Shown here one piece after another: positions 62,167-64,000 of a stretch of 64,000 nt of DNA (position 1 is the first letter of the stretch; every line of letters begins with the position of its first letter). The DNA comes from an uncultured Gemmatimonadales bacterium. GTDB taxonomy: Bacteria > Gemmatimonadota > Gemmatimonadetes > Gemmatimonadales > GWC2-71-9. The notes below the pieces were generated by a model. It saw only the letters and a program-made list of their open reading frames with translations, was not told where the DNA came from and ran no database searches. The position numbers and the translations under genes were made by a program. The stretch is from positions 224,001 to 288,000 of the forward strand of contig CAVSLV010000004.1 of NCBI GenBank assembly GCA_963728915.1, read 5' to 3'.

Positions 62167-62478
62167 ATGGCAGCCGGCTCCCACCCGCGAAGCGACGGCT
62201 CCGTCGCCGACTCCGAGCTCAAGGACCGAAATCTCAAACGCCTGCGCCGAATCGAGGGCCAGGTCCGCGGGCTGCAGCACATGGTGGAGGAGGATCGCTC
62301 CTGTTCCGAGATCATGGTGCAGATCGCCTCGGTCCACGAGGCGCTTCGCGCGGTGGCCCGGGAGCTGATGCGCGATCACCTGCGTCATTGGGTGCGGCAG
62401 GCGGTCCGGGAGGGCGGAGAGCCGGCTCAGAAAATCCTCGATGATCTGCTGGATCTCATTCACACCACGTCGCGCTGA
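62167..62478 (+). CDS. csoR: CsoR/RcnR family metal-sensing repressor
   Basis: RLRRIEGQVRGL...EEDRSCSEIMVQIAS...HL. Confidence 0.88.
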   Translation: MAAGSHPRSDGSVADSELKDRNLKRLRRIEGQVRGLQHMVEEDRSCSEIMVQIASVHEALRAVARELMRDHLRHWVRQAVREGGEPAQKILDDLLDLIHTTSR

Positions 62479-62531
62479 GGCCCTGTTAACTTCCAGCCCG
62501 GCTGGCCCTCACTTTTCCAACGAGCTTCCGA

Positions 62532-64000
62532 TTGACGACCCGCATCGCGGTGCTGCTGGCGTTGTGCGCCGGCCCCCTCGAAGCCCAGTCACCGGCCCCG
62601 GTGGTCCCGGCCGGGAGCCCGATACCCCGACCGCAGGCGCGGGCCATCCGGGTCGAACTGGGGCCGGTGTTGACCGGCAGGATGGACGATCCCCTGTGGC
62701 AGGAAGCGCCGGTCATCAGCGGGTTCGTGCAGCATGAGCCGGTGGAAGGCTCCCCCGCGACGGAACGGACCGAAGTGCGAGTCGTCTTCGACCACGATGC
62801 GATCTACGTCGGCGCGCGGCTCTACGACTCGGAGGCCGCCGGCATCGTGCATGGCGAATTCCGCCGCGACGCCGATCTCAAGGAACAGGACTCGTTCCTG
62901 ATCGTGTTCGATACCTATCTGGATCGTCAAAATGCCTTCATCTTCGGAACCACTCCGGCCGGGATCGAGCACGACGGCCAGGTGAATCGCGAGGGGGAGA
63001 GCGGGTTCGGCGGCCCCATGGGGACCGGGCCGGGGCCGAACGGGCAGACCGGCACGGCGAATCTCAACTGGGACGGCACCTGGAAGGTGATGACGTCGGT
63101 TGACTCGCTGGGCTGGGTGGCGGAATTCCGGATTCCCTTTCAGACCCTGCGCTACCGCGCTGGCAAGTCGCAGCGGTGGGGTCTCAACTTCGCTCGATTC
63201 ATTCGCCGGAAGAACGAAGAGGATTTCTGGTCCCGGGTGGCCAGGCAGTATACCGCCTATCGAGTCTCCCAGGCCGGTACGCTGGACGGGATCGAACCGC
63301 CGGGGCAGCGGGTGATGCGGGTGACGCCCTATGCTCTCGGCAGCATTCACCGCGATTATCTCGCCTCGACCGACGTGGAGACCACTGCCGAGTTTGGCGC
63401 CGATGCCAAAATCGGGGTGACGCCGAGCCTCGCGCTGGATCTCACCTACAACACCGATTTTGCCCAGGTGGAAGCCGATGAGCAGCAGATCAACCTGACC
63501 CGCTTCAACCTGTTTTTCCCGGAGAAACGGCCGTTTTTTCTCGAGAATGCGGGGACCTTCGCCTTCGGGACCGCGCAATCGGTGGACCTGTTCTTCAGCC
63601 GGCGGATCGGGATCGGGGAAGACGAGCGGCCGGTTCCCATCCTGGGAGGGGGCCGCCTGAGCGGAAAGGTGAATGGATTCACGGTCGGGCTCCTCGACCT
63701 CCAGACCGAGCGGGTCGACGCGCTCGATCAGCAGGTCATTGCACCGGATAACTACGGTGCGGTGCGCCTGCTCCGGGAATTTCCCCACCGGACCCGCATC
63801 GGGGCGATCGCGGTGAGCCGGCTCAACACCGACAGCACCGACGACTACAACGTGAGCTACGGGCTGGACGGGCGGTTCGGCATAGGCGACGCGACGACGT
63901 TCGATGCCTATGTGGCCCGTTCGGAGACCCCCGGGGTCGCTGCCGCTTCGAACAGCTGGAGCATCGCCGGGAGTTACGCTACTCAGCAGTGGGAGCTGGG
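62532..64000 (+). CDS. DUF5916 / CBM9-like domain outer-membrane protein; runs off the window edge
   Basis: Manual translation from TTG: signal peptide, TEVRV, WVAEFRIPF, TYNTDFAQVEAD, FFPEKRPFFLE. Confidence 0.85.
   Translation, partial: MTTRIAVLLALCAGPLEAQSPAPVVPAGSPIPRPQARAIRVELGPVLTGRMDDPLWQEAPVISGFVQHEPVEGSPATERTEVRVVFDHDAIYVGARLYDSEAAGIVHGEFRRDADLKEQDSFLIVFDTYLDRQNAFIFGTTPAGIEHDGQVNREGESGFGGPMGTGPGPNGQTGTANLNWDGTWKVMTSVDSLGWVAEFRIPFQTLRYRAGKSQRWGLNFARFIRRKNEEDFWSRVARQYTAYRVSQAGTLDGIEPPGQRVMRVTPYALGSIHRDYLASTDVETTAEFGADAKIGVTPSLALDLTYNTDFAQVEADEQQINLTRFNLFFPEKRPFFLENAGTFAFGTAQSVDLFFSRRIGIGEDERPVPILGGGRLSGKVNGFTVGLLDLQTERVDALDQQVIAPDNYGAVRLLREFPHRTRIGAIAVSRLNTDSTDDYNVSYGLDGRFGIGDATTFDAYVARSETPGVAAASNSWSIAGSYATQQWEL

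Overview
High-GC bacterial chromosomal segment; gene content and style suggest Gemmatimonadota (inference). It is mostly housekeeping and envelope genes: queG, rpsU/csp, dacB, metH plus a bifunctional homocysteine methyltransferase/MTHFR behind a SAM-II riboswitch, pruA, kup, acs, ccmABCD, heme O synthase, a TonB-dependent receptor, lptFG, comEA-pilB-pilT-pilC and copA-csoR. The main find is a compact RiPP-like operon at 14502-16286 (minus strand). It encodes an unannotated 32-aa precursor with a lasso-type leader, an HPr-kinase-like kinase, a PqqD/RRE protein and a lasso B2-type protease. There is no lasso cyclase in the window and the predicted core has no Asp/Glu, so the product is probably not a lasso peptide but possibly a short linear phosphopeptide. 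Also notable: an ACP-less ketosynthase/cyclase/methyltransferase/flavoprotein/DUF92 operon; a candidate structured RNA upstream of a STAS gene; many 7/8/9-mer tandem arrays, some inside genes; frequent apparently leaderless genes; and five single-base frameshifts that are probably assembly errors. No rRNA, tRNA, CRISPR array or transposase was seen.
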